From Tubulanus polymorphus (taxonomy: Eukaryota; Animalia; Nemertea): DNA of 64,000 nt. Each line of letters opens with the position of its first letter. Within the stretch, counting starts at the first letter, position 1. The stretch covers positions 3,117,814 to 3,181,813 of the forward strand of contig NC_134034.1 in assembly GCF_964204645.1 (NCBI RefSeq), given 5' to 3'. The notes below the pieces were generated by a model. It was not told the origin of the DNA, searched no databases, and worked only from the letters and a program-made list of their open reading frames with translations. This document shows, piece after piece, positions 1-14,700 of the stretch. A program made the translations under genes and the position numbers.

Positions 1-199
1 ACTGTGAAAATATCTGATCGTGAAACTAAACCACGGACACAGGTTACCGACAACTGTGGCTTCTGCTGGACTTCCAATTCGAAACTCGGCGCAGACTTCA
101 TCGAGGAATCTCTAAAATGGGTGGCTCCGGTGGACTCGTTTTTGGCGTCGACTCAGAATATTATGAATGTTTATTTTATTTTTTTCAGCGAAATCAACA

Positions 200-2549
200 A
201 TGGCAGGTATACACGTCGGTTCTAAGCCGCGGATCAACGGAGCGATGCTCGGACAGAATCAGGGAACCGTCGTTTGTTTACTGGGAATAGCTCACGATGT
301 AAGTTCGATTTAATCGAGGGGGGGCGAACTTCGGTTTTGGTCATTTTGTTAAGCCATGAATGTCTGTTCCGGCTAGAAAAAGAAGATACCTAAGTTGTTT
401 CTCCTGGTCAGGCGGGTCAATTTGCTAAGGGATCATTCATTTATTTATGGTAGGCATAAAATTTGAATTGGACCCCCTTTCATCATTGCAGTATGCAATT
501 CCCCTCCCCTAATGCGTACCAGAAACCCGTAATATGAAGTCTTAGCCAGCAGCGGATGTGTTAAAATTTGCGCGAGAAAGTGGAAAATTTGATATCAATT
601 TATCCCCCGAACGTGGACGGGACAGTTTTTAAATCGTAATCTTAATCGAAATGCTCACGGTATGTTTTACAGCCCGATAACAGCGGAATGTCGTTTAAAC
701 TGAAAACCTGCGACGATCAAATCGTAACCGTCAAACTACAAGAACCGGTAAGTTTTAAATACGCGACGAAGGCCCAGTTTCATGTTCGAGCTCAAAACAG
801 TTTTAGTTGGTATTGTTGGTAAATCCATACCCCCTCCGCCTCGCCCCCCCCCCCCTATTTTTGCAAATAACATATTCGCTACCTGGCTCATGGTATATCA
901 TTGCCAGTCATTTTGTTCTACTCTAGAATCACTAAAGGTTTCGATAAATGTTCGTTTTTTTTAAAATTTTCTCGAGGCAGGGCCCCAAACCCACTTCGGG
1001 TTTTATGTACCCAGTGCATGTACTACAGTTGAACCTCGTCACAACCAACTCAGATACGACGATTCATCAGGACCCAGTTCCACAGTCGTGAGTTAGAGTT
1101 AACTCTGGGTGAAAATTAGTTCATTTCCAATGACTTGACTCTAGTCAAATCTTAACTCACAACTGTGGAACTGGGTCCGGATTTAACAAATATAGAATTT
1201 CGTCCCGAGTGAGAAGATTCGATTAATTTAATACTGGATATAACAAACTATCAGTTATAACGAAAATAGTTTCTGGTCCCGTGAAGTTAGCTGTAACGAG
1301 GTCCCACTGTACAACAAGGCCCAGAGAGATAGTTCTTATTCAAAATTCCTGGATACACTCCTGGGGCCGGTTGCATAGTCATGGCTTAGACTTAAGACCA
1401 GTCTAAGACCAACTTAGTTCTATAGCCAATCTAACAAGACCGGTCTTAAGATTTAAGACCACTTTTTGAGTCACGACTGTGCAACTGGCCCCAGGGGCTG
1501 GTTGCATAGTCGAGACTTAAGACCAAAAGTGGTCTTAAACCTTAAGACTTGTCTCAAGTTGTTAGATTGGCTATAGAACTAAGTTTGTCTTAGACCGGTC
1601 TTAAGTCAAAGCCCCGTCTATGGAACCGGCCCCTGAGTTTTACGAAAAACAATTTCCGGGGTCGCTTCCGTTATTAAATGCGGTCGCTTCTGCAGATTGT
1701 GGGGCGACTTTGTTCTACAAATTCTTTCCCTCAAAGAGTTCGTTCCGTTCGACGTTTCAGTTACAAGAATACCTGCAGGGCTTGACCGAGGTGCACGGTG
1801 AAGTTCAAGGTCGCGAGATAAAAGCTCAGTCGTACGTCGTTTTCCCGGCGGAATATTCCAGTAGTTTTGGTAATTATGCAAAAATTAGTTTTCATCCCTA
1901 TTGAAAGATGGCAGCACCTGTCAAACGTAGTGAAATATTATTAGCAGTTGATACACCGCGCTGCGGCGTAGACGCACTAAAGCGATATGCCCGTTAATCA
2001 ACACACTGGGATGGAATTTTTAAATAGTTTCAAATCGGCTCTAGCACTTATGGGTATTAATCCGTCAGCACTGAAAGGGTTGATTAGAGCAAAATGCCTG
2101 AAACTCCTTTAACCCTTTCAGTGCGTCTACACCGCAGTGCGGTGTATGAATCAGTGATGGATTTTGCTAGTACACCGCACTGCGGTGTATTAATTTAATT
2201 AGTAATTACTTATTATCTCTTTTGAAAGATGGCAGCACCTGTCAAACATAGTGAAATATTAGTAACTAACGATACACCGCACTGCGGTGTAGACGCACTA
2301 TAGTGCTATTCCCGTTATTCAACACACTAGGATGGAATTTTTCAGAATTTTCAAATAGGGTATTAATAAGCCAGCAGTGAAAGGGTTAAAACTTCTAAAA
2401 TCCTGAATTGACCGATTCGTTAAACAGATTTATTACCAGACCTCTCATGAAGATTCTTTTTTTTTGTAGATATGAAACAGTACAATAAAGCGTTGAATCT
2501 GATCGCTCAATGTCCTCAATATTACAAGATCGCGAGTAACGAATCATGA
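200..2549 (+). CDS. RPA3: Replication protein A 14 kDa subunit, 4 coding exons, 120 aa
   Basis: Exons 200-298, 673-747, 1761-1869 and 2470-2549 have GT-AG boundaries and join in frame: MAGIHVGSKPRINGAMLGQNQGTVVCLLG...EPLQEYLQGLTEVHGEV...FDMKQYNKALNLIAQCPQYY. This matches the RPA14 pattern (RINxxML, VC, EPL, EVxGxV, FDxxxYNxA). AATAAA at 2648-2653. Confidence 0.92.
1024..1311. mobile_element. Tc1/mariner (pogo/Tigger-like) MITE with a nested Harbinger-like MITE at ~1069-1178
   Basis: TA-flanked TIRs CAGTTGAACCTCGTCAC / GTAACGAGGTCCCACTG. The nested element has ends GGACCCAGTTCCACAG / CTGTGGAACTGGGTCC. Confidence 0.75.
1362..1633. mobile_element. Two adjacent Harbinger-like MITEs (related copy at 14445-14585)
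   Basis: TIRs GGGGCCGGTTGCATAGTC / GACTGTGCAACTGGCCCC. Two ~135-bp copies with opposite internal orientation. Confidence 0.7.
2109..2389. mobile_element. piggyBac-like MITE (partial copy also at ~1895-2082)
   Basis: TTAA-CCCTTTCAGTGC...GCAGTGAAAGGG-TTAA, with internal TACACCGCAGTGCGGTGTA palindromes. Confidence 0.85.
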
Positions 2550-2829
2550 ACGAACAAGCTTCCCTAACTCCGCCTACTCAGTGATGGACACCGATACTTC
2601 GTAATCAATAATTACCGATTTTCTTGAATATACCTATAATATTTTTTAATAAACTTAAGAACAAAAGTTTCGACTTCAACAAAATGACAATTCAGTAATC
2701 GTTTCTTTAATTTTGGCAGCATTATTTATTGGTTTTTGAATCTCGGAAGATTTAACGCGTTAATAACAGTCAATTTGAACTGATGCTCAATTGCCAGGGG
2801 TCGGAACTATTTATCTCTATACGTAAGTT

Positions 2830-3585
2830 GAGTTAAAGTTCCTCGCTTGCCGACCGAAGTTATGTGGTATTCACCTCACTCGCCAGAGGTAGCAGCAACA
2901 TAGACAAAGTTCGGTAGATTCCTCACTCGCCAGCGAAGGAAGTTACATATTCCTCACTTGCCAGTGGTAGGTCTCTGCTAGCTAAAAAATTTGAGGTTTC
3001 TTCAGACACTCGCCAGTGGAACAAACTACATAGTTGAGGTTCCTCACTTGCGAGTGGACAACCTCACTCCCGAAAGGTAGTCGCGTACATAGTTTGCGGA
3101 ATATTAGGCGGTGGCTACATAGTTCACAAGATCCTCGCTAACCGGTGATAGCTACACTGAGGGTAGTACGATACGAGGTCCCACACATGCCAAGGTTTGA
3201 CAATCACAAGTGGTAGCTATGCCAAGGTTCCACACACTCGCCAGTGATAGCTACAGCAGGGTTTGACACTTGCCAGTGGTAGCTACGCCAAGGTTCCACA
3301 CACTCGCCAGTGATAGCTACAGCACGGTTCGACACTTGCCAGTGGTAGCTACCCCAAGGTTCCACACACTCGCCAGTGGTAGCTATGATCTGCTCCACAC
3401 ACTCGCCAGTGGTAGCTACAATATGCTCCACACACTCGCCAGTGGTAGCTACAATATGCTCCACACACTCGCCAGTGATAGCTACAGCATGATTCGACAC
3501 TCGCCAGTGGTAGCTACGCCAAGGTTCCACACACTCGCCAGTGGTAGCTACGACATGCTCCACACACTCGCCAGTGGTAGCTACT
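2830..3585. repeat. Minisatellite (core CACACTCGCCAGTGGTAGCTA) in the MIOS 3' UTR
   Basis: More than 15 copies of a ~27-33 bp unit, homogeneous at 3200-3585 and degenerate toward 2830. Confidence 0.9.
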
Positions 3586-6500
3586 ACGTGTTTCTAGGTG
3601 ATACAGACTGTTCTTCGATCTCCAGTTTACTGAGTATATCCAACGACATACACTTACAAACGCAACCGGTCACCGGGCATTCCATGTGCTCCCTGCAAAT
3701 AAAAACAATACAGAATCAATACTCCAAACTGGATAATTTCTAGTAGGAGATGGACTGGGGCAACGTAAAATGTCTAATATCTGGTGTTTATAGTTTATTT
3801 TCAATTAGAAATGTCTCAGTTGAAACACTGAACACATGTGAAGTATGGATGATCAGTTTTTGAAAGTGTGCTGATAAAATCTCTAATGTCTGTTGTTTGT
3901 AGTTCATTTTCAATTAAAAATGTAAGGTGAAGCACTGAACACATGCGAAGTGTGGACAATTAGTTTTTGAAAGTGTGCTGATATTGTCAAATACCTGGTG
4001 CTTGTAGTTCATTTTCAATTAGAAATATCTCGGGTGAAGTACTGAATACTGATGCTAGTATGGCTAACAGTTTAAAAGCGTCTGCCCGAGCTGCGGATTG
4101 ATAGGTGCGTGGTACGGAGTCGGGCTTTACGAACTTACTTGAACCATTCGGTAATATGATTAGCGTGACCGCCGTGACGACAACCTTGACACCACGTGAA
4201 CCAACTCGAAAACTCCGACATCTTCAAACCGTCTTTGTCGGCGTCTTTTTGTTTATCCAACGTGAAACCGGACGGCGTTCCCATGTTGATCAGACACAGC
4301 GCGCATCTCGGCAGCGGCTTACGACATCCCGGACAGCTCGTCACCTAGAAATACCGGTTATAGAAATGCCGCGTGTGGCGCTCAGTGGGTTTAGGCGAAC
4401 AAAAAAAATTTTGAAACTTTCCTTGAATGTTTCATACATTTCTTAAATTATCGAACATCTTTTTAACCCTTACAATGCGTCTACACCGTAGTGCGGTGTA
4501 TGAATCGGTGATGTATGTACTTCGCTAGTACACTACATCGCATTTGTCGGTGTAATGATTAACTAGTCCTTATCTCTAGTGAAAGATGGCAGCACTCGTC
4601 GAACACGACAAAATATTGGTACCCGACAATATGCCGCACTGCGGTGTAGAAGCACTGAAGCAGTGCACCCATTAAAATCTTATCATATTCTCAAATTATC
4701 TCCAGCTTTTGGGTATCGACAATCAGCACTCATAACGAGTTAAGCGAGTGTCCATCTTTGACATCCATCTAACCCCTGTAATCGTACAGGTTTATATACG
4801 TACTTTCGATTTGTTCGGCGATCCACCGCTGAACACGTGGTAATGCCGCGTACGAGCCGCGTTCATCGAACTGTACGATATCGATTTGCCGCAGAAATTA
4901 CAACTGACGAATACTTGTTGCAGCGGTCGATTCAGCGTGTCGAACTGCTGTCTGTGAACATCGAACTCAGCTCTACAACGACACAATAATAATATACAAT
5001 GTTCATGTATCTGAATGTTCAAAACGTATCTTTGAATGCTAATTCTCCTTGGATCCTAAAAGTCTTCCAAATATATGTATTTCATACACGCGGTTTAGTC
5101 TTATCCTATGTAATCCACACATTACGTATCAGTTGCACAGTCAGTCCGGGCGAAAATCCAAATTTGGTCTCTAATAATCAATCATAAGAGATAAATATGA
5201 TACCGAGTCCATTTATATATTGATACGAACCTTTGATGCCACAATCTCCACTGGTCTAACAAATCTCTATAACTGAAAATAAATGAGAAAAAATCTGTAG
5301 ATAATCGCGGGAGAAGTTGGTGAGATAAACTTATGTAGTGACGACATACACAGGGTGACGGTCGACCAGGGACTGATACAGTTAGCTGCACTGGAATGCA
5401 CGGGGACTGACTGATGGTCAGACATGGTCGGGCAGGGATTGACAGGGTTGGACAGTGACTGGTTGATGGTGAGACAGGGTCCGGCAGGGACTGACAGGGT
5501 AGGACAGGGTCAGAGAGTAACGTACCTTTCGATCCACATAAGAACTCGCGGGTCGCGCGATATATCGCTGGGGAATGCTTGTATCGCGGCGAGCGACGCC
5601 GTCTGCACGTCGCCGGTCAAATCGACGTAACGCTGTAATAACTGTAAACCTTCGCTCGTTAAACCCGTCAATAAAACGCCCTCTAAATTTCCTTCGTCGA
5701 TCATTTTATTCGTCAGTTTATCGACGTAGTCGTTCAACAGCGCGTCCGGTAGGAATATACACGCGAACGCGACGCGATCCTGAATCGCCATTCCGGTCTC
5801 CTTCTACAAATACATCGATATAGCACGTTGGTGTTCAGAGTCGTAATTCTTAGCCGTTTTTAGACCAGCTACAAACCCTATCAGGGTTCGTAGTTGTGAG
5901 ACTATCATGAAGATTAGCACTTTCCGAGGAAGTGAACGAAACCCTCCCGAAAATTTTCAAAGTGCCCTTCAAAAATTCAGTGTCCCAAAAATTTTTGTCA
6001 AGATTTTTCGAAATTTGGATACAATTTTGATGTTTTTCTTTTATATGAAAAGTAATCCCGTCTAAAATGATTAATGCGGGTACCCGGGCACTGCATATAA
6101 AGATATCCTTTTTTTCAATGGAAAAGTGCCTTTTTCACGGTGAAATAGTGCCCTCCTTTTCTTGATATAGAACCACCCCTCCAAAAAGCTTGGCACAGAC
6201 CAGATACTAGCTCAAAGAAACATTTTCCGACTTTCTTTCTATTATTTGTCATAATTTTTGCGGGATCTCACTGTTTGTCACAACGCACAGTCACATACAT
6301 ACTATAGTGTCTTTTATAAGTGTCTTATTGGTGAGGATATAGAGAAAATGCTATACAAACCAGCACGTCTTTGTAATTGTCGGATTCGTTGGTGAGAAAC
6401 GCGAACATCGCGCGTATGTACGGACTCATCAACTGCGTCGTCATCGTGCCGCACATCTCCCTCCACAGCGCGTCTTTATCGTCCGTGTATCCCGACAACG

Positions 6501-9500
6501 CCATCGCGACGATGCTCAAATTGATACTGCCGTCTGTCGGAAAGAGAATTCAGAATCTTTAACCTTTTCAGTGCGTCTACACCGCAGTGCGGTGTATAAA
6601 TCGGTGATGGATTTTTCTAGTTCACCGCACTGCGGTGTATTGAGGTTATTAGTAATTAGTTTTTATCTCTATTGAAAGATGGCAGCACCTGTCAAACATA
6701 GTGAAATATTAGTAACTAACGATGCACTGCACCGCGGTGTAGACGCACTATAGTGGTATTTGCGTTATTCAACACACTAGGGTGGAATTTTAAAAATTTT
6801 CAATTTATCTCCAGCACTATAGGGTATTAATTAGTCAGCACTGAAAGGGTTAATGAATGGGTAGTACGAGCTACGTCACCAGATGGCGACATTAACGGTA
6901 CGTTTCATATTCGTTCGATTTTCTACTTTGAATTGGATATTTTTCGCTAACAAATCCAAACGTTTTCACACGAGCCTTGAAAAAGATTTCAATGATTCGC
7001 TTTTTCGATTTTTTATCGAAACAAAGAAGAAATCGAAGCCCACGGCGAAGCTGCTAGCGACACCTGGTGGATGCTCAAAAGCCGCGGTCGTATCGACAAA
7101 TGATATCATCATTACTAGGGGTGCGGGGACACCACGACCGCTTGGAAAGTGGTTTAAAATGCTCGACAGTCTGACAATTTCAACGTTCAACGCCCCCTGG
7201 TGAACATATACTGAAACCGAAGACCATGAAACCCACCGCAATCATAGAACGTGTCATGAGCTATGATTCTGCAATTAATTGTGGTAACAAAATATGGCTA
7301 GGTTCCACCTTGATAATACGAACACACTAAGATATTCAGCTATCCAACGCCCCCTGGTGACAATACGTATGCAAAAAACCAATGACCCTGTATACGAAAG
7401 CGAACTTAATAGCCGGCAGGGACCGGAGCCCCGAGTGGGCTGAAATGTTGTACCTTTCTTATTGTGAGTCGATCCTTTCTTTAAAACGTCGATGGCCATG
7501 CGCAGTTTGAGATTGAACAGCGCTATAGCCGCTGCCCGCTCGTACTGTTTATCCGCTTCCAATCTGCAAAATAAACCAATCAAAATAATAACTGTTTTCT
7601 GCGATACGCGGAATACAACCTCGATTCGCGGCTGACCGTGCTGTTACTACGTCGCATGAGTGACGGGCATCCCGAGGATTTTTCGAAGGGGAGTCGAATT
7701 TTTCTTTACGAAAAACCAACATTTTATAACACAAGAATAATACAGTGGAACCTCGTTATAACGAACTCAAATACAACGATTCATCGGATATAACAAATAT
7801 AGAATTTCGTCCCAAGTGAAACAATTTCACTAATTTCATACCGGATATAACGAACTATCGTTTATAACGAACATATTTCTAGTCCCATGAAGTTTGCTGT
7901 AACGAGGTCCCACTTTATAGTCCCCATAATATGAACATTATACTAGTTTTTTAGACGTTAAAGCTATCAAGGGCGACCATTTTTATTTGACATGCTTTTC
8001 CCCATTACCTGACGTGTATGTTATTTTCCCCGAATCAATCCGCTTAGAATTTTACGCGCGATCTAGCAAATCTCGACAAATTCTCCTGACTTTTCCCTTC
8101 TTTTTTTCTTACAGCGGTGTCAGAACGTCGCGTAAAGCAAAGTCGAAGAGTCGCATTAACCCTTTCAGTGCGTCTACACCGCAGTGCGGTGTACGAATCA
8201 GTGATGGATTTTGCTAGTACACCGCACTGCCGTGTACAGATTTAATTAGTAATTACTTATTATCTCTCTTGAAAGATGGCAGCACCTGTCAAACACAGTG
8301 AAATATTAGTAACTAACAATACACCGCACTGCAGTGTAGACGCACTATAGTGCTATTCCCATTATTCAACACACTAGGGTGGAATTTTTCAGAATTTTCA
8401 AATTATCTCCAGCACTATAGGGTATTAATTAGTCAGCTCTGAAAGGGTTAAGGCATCGGACTTTTCATTAGGTCTTTATTTATTTCTTTGAATGCGGGCA
8501 GTCACGCGTACCTTTCGATAAAACACCGTAGACTGTACTCTTTATCGAACTCCCAGCCGCACAGCTGCATGGACTTCGCGCGGGCGTCGCTGCGGTACGT
8601 GTTCACCGTCGAACTGTAGCCCTCGAGCTGACGGTCGGCGACCTCGTCCGTTTTACAAGACACGTAGCTATCGTCGCCGCGTAGGAAACTGTTCACTCCG
8701 ATGACTCGTTTCACGCCGCCTGCTCCTGAAACGCATAGTTAATCCTTTCCACGTCAGTGCCTATAATCCCGGACGGAATTACTTACGGTTATTATGTTAC
8801 AGGGGTGCTCCAGTTTTCCATGAAATGGATTAATTCCTAAATCTATTTCAAGATGTAACTGAACTAATGGAGAAATTAAGTTAAAACCTTTCGTGAACAT
8901 GGACACAAATATGAGCTAAAGGTATTAGGCTTATACAGCTGACGCTGCTGAGGTCTTGAAATTTGTGCAAGTGAGATAGGGATATCTGAGTTAGATTTAG
9001 AGTTAGAACAGTTGACTCCGTTCAAGTCAGATCTTTTGACTTGAGAGTGATATCTGAATTGGACGATACAGAAGACTCTGTTCAAGTCTGATCTTTTGAC
9101 TTGAGAGTGATATCTGAATTGGACGATACAGAAGACTCCTCTCAATTCAGATTTCCTTACTCAAGAGCGATATCCGAGTTAGATGACACGATAGATTCCA
9201 TTCAAGTCAGACCTAAAGACTTGAGTGATATCTGAGTTGGATGCTGCAGTAGACTCCGCTCGAGTCGGATCTTTTGACCGGAGTTGGATAGGGTGTAAGA
9301 GGTCAAAGCGTAGATATCTTACCCTTCAGAAGTTTCCCTTCATCGAATAGACTTCCGACTAAATCCAACCAATGCCACAGACTCTGTATCTGAGGGTTAT
9401 TATCGGTTATGTAGGCGTTTTCCCAAATGTGATTCATCTGAAATATCAAAACACGAAACCAGTTAACTAGAAATGGCCACCAGTCAGCCATTTTTAAGAA

Positions 9501-11759
9501 TTTCTATCAGTTAATATAACCAATCGCAACTCAGAATAAACCTAAAATCGTTTTTTCTTACAAATATGTCCCGTGGACACTGCGGTTTTTTGTCTCTAGA
9601 TACATACCTTTAACCCGTAGCCGGCGTTCGCGCGTTTTTTCATAACGACCGAAATGTCTTCTTCGATGCCGGATTTTTTCACGCGTTCGCACTGGATCAG
9701 ACGCTTGCCGCACGACCACAGTAACGTACGCGACGGGGACCACGTCTGCGGCGCGAGAGAGAGAAAGAAAACGTTTTTTAAAAAAATTTTGCAATATCTT
9801 TTCAACCAACATTCGAGCAACTGGCCCCAGGTAAATAGGTTTGTGTCATGTTGTACCTTGTACTAGTCTGATTACTCCAAGGTTGTACTGACACACCACC
9901 AGATTGTGCGACTAAGTAGTCGTTGTAATATCAAACTCGGTGAAAATTTTGCGACTAGTTTTTGTCAGTTTATGCTAAGAATTGGTTCCCCCAATTGACC
10001 TGTACATAGATTCTCAAATCAACCAGCGTTTAGCCAGAAATAAAAGAATTTTTAGGGATGAATTACATTCTATTTTTTGGTTGTACTGGAATCGCTGAAC
10101 TTTGCGAAAACAATTCCAAATTTAGACACATTCAGAAACTTTTCTACGTCAAAAACCCACAATTTCCAATTCCATCATTAAAGATGGTTTTTAAAGTCTA
10201 GATCCGCCTGTAGTATTGTAAATAGTAGATATATTTGTATGTATTGGAAATAAAACCTATGTTTTAACCCTTTCAGTGCTGGCTAATTAATACCCTATAG
10301 TGCTGAAGATAATTTGAAAATTCTGAAAAATCCCACCCTAGTGTGTTGAATAACAGGAATAGCACTATAGTGCGTCTACACCACGGTGCAGTGTATCGTT
10401 AGTTACTAATATTTCACTATGTTTGACAGATGCTGCCATCTTTCAAGAGAGATAATTAGTAATTACTAATTAAATCAATACACCACAGTGCGGTGTACTA
10501 GCAAAATCCATCACTGATTTGTACACCACACTGCGGTGTAGATGCACTAAAGGGTTAAATACATGTGTATGTCTTTACTTTTACCCATTCGTAAATATCT
10601 ATGAACAAAATTATCTTTACCCTCCACATACCATAGAAATGGTAGGAGAGTAATAAGATTATCTTAACTTAGGCCTATCTTTATATTGAATCTAGGTTAG
10701 TTTCCTAGGTTCGTATAAAAATCTTATCGGGATTTTTCAAACGTTCAAACTCACCACGCTGATTCGTTCGAACACCGATACGTCGCGTATTACTCCACCA
10801 GGTGTCACCGTTAACATGCGATTCTCGTGCGTCGGGTGCCACGCGAACGACGACACTACCTGCTGTCCGTACGCTGAAATGACGAACCCTCAGATTAACC
10901 CACACTGATCATCCCTTCTGTTTCATAGTGTGATAGGGTGGCTCCGCTGTATGTTAATACTGTATTGTGGCGCCCTCTGTTTTTGTAATTTTGTGGACAC
11001 ACTTCCGTTTTGGAAAGAAACCGGAATGGAAAGGTAGCTTTTCGTAAAATAAAGCGATATCATCATATACTTTATTCGGTATTCATTGTTTAATTTGGGT
11101 GCTGTTACTCGTCAATTGAGGACACCCATAATCCACCCCTCGTCGTTTTGATATAGCTTCCCGCAGCTTGTCCCGGCCCATTGGTGCGGACACTGTGGTA
11201 GGTAGCAGGAGCGAAGAACCCAGGACCGCTTGGAGGATATACGTGACCTGTCACCCGAGGAGTGTTGGCGACTTGTAGAGCCTGAGCCTGACGTTCGGTG
11301 TTACGCGGTCAACGTCGGCTCATCATACAGGTGACGCCGTCGGCTCTGTGACAATAGAAATAGTGCTTATTCGGTGGTCTATCAGGGTTTCCAGTGGTAA
11401 TAATAATATAACTTTATTTTCCCTCGAATTACAACACGATTATATACATACAAAGTTATTTAAAAGAATACAAGGTATGTTATGTTAATCAATCAATCAA
11501 TCAATAACTCAGTGTCTGTAACATTTATCATTTTTCAACATTATGGTTTCTGTCATCTATCACTTTATTATGCGTGCGTGCGTATGTGAGTGTGTGAGGG
11601 AGTGTGAGTGTGGTTCTTTGCATGTTGGGGGACTTGTACGTTTGACATAAGTCTTAACTGGCTTCTTCAAGTCTCCCCTGCTTAATATTAAAATATTTCA
11701 TTTAACTTCATTTTTATAATGTATAATGATACATTGTAATTTTTAGTGGAAATAAATAT

Positions 11760-11790
<31 letters not shown>

Positions 11791-14700
11791 GTAAGTGTCG
11801 TCATGGGCGCATAGACTAGTGTTAAGCTCTAGTCTATACGTCCATGGTGATATTCATGTTGTAATAAAAGGGCAGGGTCTTGGAGAAGCAACATAATGCT
11901 TATGGTAAGGCCAGGGTAAAAAGAAGTACTAAGAAGGACTTTTTCGGCAATTTTGGACTCAAAAGGAAGGACTTTCGGAAGATCTTTCAAATAAAACCAT
12001 GGCCAATAAGGAAGAATTTTGACAATGGCTTCACCGGAAAACTAGTCATGTAGACCAGTCATACATTCCAGGGTAATTCCAATTATTAACATAATTTTCC
12101 TGTATATCCAATCTTACTGATCATATCATATCATATCATATCATCATCTTCATTATCATTTACATCTACACCTGCCCAGAATGGAACAGGGTAACCTCAC
12201 TATCTACCCCAAGGCCCCAGATATTCAACTTACGATGGACCATTCTTTCAATCACCGCAGGCTCCAATTCATCCGATCCTGCAAAAAAACAATAAAATCA
12301 ACGAATTACATCTTATGAAAATGACTACTAATCCCGAAACCTCTTCTTCCCTCCACTCTCCTCATCCCTCCATTGAAATCTCTTACATTCCCTTCTCTCG
12401 CTCTTGTTCTCTCCCTTCTCTATCCCACTCCCTCTTCACTCCCTTAACCTCTTCGCTACCATAGGTAATGTAACGCCCCTCACCAGAACATTTTCCCATA
12501 TTCATATTTATTTTCAATTAAGTTCAGTATTTGAGGCACTGATTCGCCATCTATGAGTAAATAGTGTAACTAAATTGAAGCAGACGATTATTTAGTACGT
12601 CTATACACCAGCGGCATAGTGACTCACCACACTAGCAATTGTAGTATGTTAATCTATTTGCGACGTAAATATACGTCGCGCATGGTAGCGCGAGTCTCCC
12701 ACTCACTCTCCTCTCTGGCCTCCCTCCCCTCTCTCCTCTATTCATTTTACGTACCTAATCCTGAATGTTGAACGTCGAACAACTTGACGACGGAGCTATC
12801 CTTAGTTAGACACGCGAGCAGACCGAACCTCGCCGTACACCACGACAGTTTAACCACGTTCCGCGGCTCTTGAAACGTTAAAACCTGAAATACGTCTGCT
12901 GTAAGGAAATGTATGTAAAACGTCACCTACGAATTATCAATCAAATATTTGCCGGCATTTGACTTTAAAGAACCATTCAAATAAACAACAGTTACTCGCG
13001 ATTATTCTCTTATTGCTCTCATCAGGTGGCGCTGTACATATCTCATTATCTCTCAATAGGCACTAAACCCATCTCATTGTCTCATACTAGGTCGCCCTAA
13101 ACATAAATCACTGTCTCTCAATAGGTGGCCCTAAAAACATCTCATTGTCTCTCGCTAGGTAGCCTAAACAAACCTCATTGTCTCAATAGGTGGCGCTTAA
13201 CACATCTCATTGTCTCATACTAGGTTGCCCTAAACATACCTCATTGTCTCTCAAAAGGTGGCTCTTAACACATCTCATTTTCTACACTAGGTGGCGCTGT
13301 ATACATCTCATTGCCTCTCACTACGCGGCACTGAATTACTATTATTTCTCTCACTAGATGGCGTTGCATCTTCTTGTCTTTATCGCTGTATATGTCAATC
13401 TTATTCTAAGCGGCGATGAATGCAACTGTATTTCCACATCGGCAGGCGGCGTCGTAGACGTCTCAATTTCTGCCACTAGACGGCGCTACGTTATAAAGGA
13501 TACGGGTTTATCGAACGATCGGACGTCCCAGACTAGAATTTGACCCTCGTGACACGAGGCTAAACGGTGTTCGCAATGAGGGTCGACGCTGACGCAATAA
13601 ACAGCTTTATTCACGGTCATATTCTGCGGCCGGCTTATATCTGAATGAAAACATCATCAAATTATTCTCATTATCTTCAATCCCCTGTCTGCGTGTGTAC
13701 CCCGAAATGCGGTGTATTATCTACCAATCCTAAATTGTGCCTACCCCGCGGTGCGATAATGTATATGGGTTATGATTAATTACTTGAAATCCCTCTAACC
13801 CTTTAGTGCATCTACACCGCTGTGCGGTATATAAATCAGTGATGGAATTTGCTAATACGCCGCATCGCAGTGTTTCGGTGTCATTTGTATCTAGTTTTTA
13901 TCTCTCCTTAAAGATTACAGCAACTGGCGAACATCGAGACGTAAATTAAATAATGATACACCGCACTGTTGGGTAGAGGCAATATAGCGGTACGCCTTTT
14001 ATTTACCATACTACAGGGTAGACACAGTACAGAACCTAGTGCTATGCCCGTCATACATCGCATTACAGTGCAAAAATATTCTTTTTTAATTTCAAATTTT
14101 CTCCGACACATTAGGCTAAGGTATGTATATATGTGACAGCACTAAAAGGGTTAAATCATTAATCTATTCACCAAACAGCTGCATATTCATGGTTCTAAAA
14201 ACGAACCTCGAATATATGACATAACGCATATTAGTTCGTAAATATTTCCATTACCTCGTAAATCGAATATTTTCAGATATTTGTTCATTCCGGCGACCAG
14301 CGTTTTCGGTTCGTGTTGAAACCAACAGAGGGAGTAAGTAGACTCGGCCGGACCTGCGGGAGAAGAAGTTTCGAGAATTAATCACCACGTAAGCTGGTGA
14401 CATCTGTTGACAAAATACGGAACTAATTCAGGTATCAATCAGCAGGACCCAGTACCAGTCATGACTTCGAATGGTCTTAAATCTCAAGACTGGTCTAAAG
14501 TTGTATAACAGACAATCTAACAGTTAAATTGGCTATAGAACTAAGATTGTCTTAGACTAGTCTTTAGTTTAGGCCACGACTGGCCGCACGCATATATCCC
14601 CGCGGGTGGACATTTTAAAAAATTTTCACATTGTCTCCAGCGCTTTCGAGTTTCAAGTAATCAGCATTGACAAGGTTTCAAACGCAGAGGGAGGGTTAAA

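Noticed and set aside
3204-3743. 119-aa and 157-aa ORFs
   Set aside because: Translations of the 3' UTR minisatellite; the plus ORF is antisense to the last MIOS exon.
11150-11350. GC-rich intronic segment as a hidden exon or snoRNA
   Set aside because: MIOS is complete without it, the frames I checked contain stops, and no clear box motifs are present.
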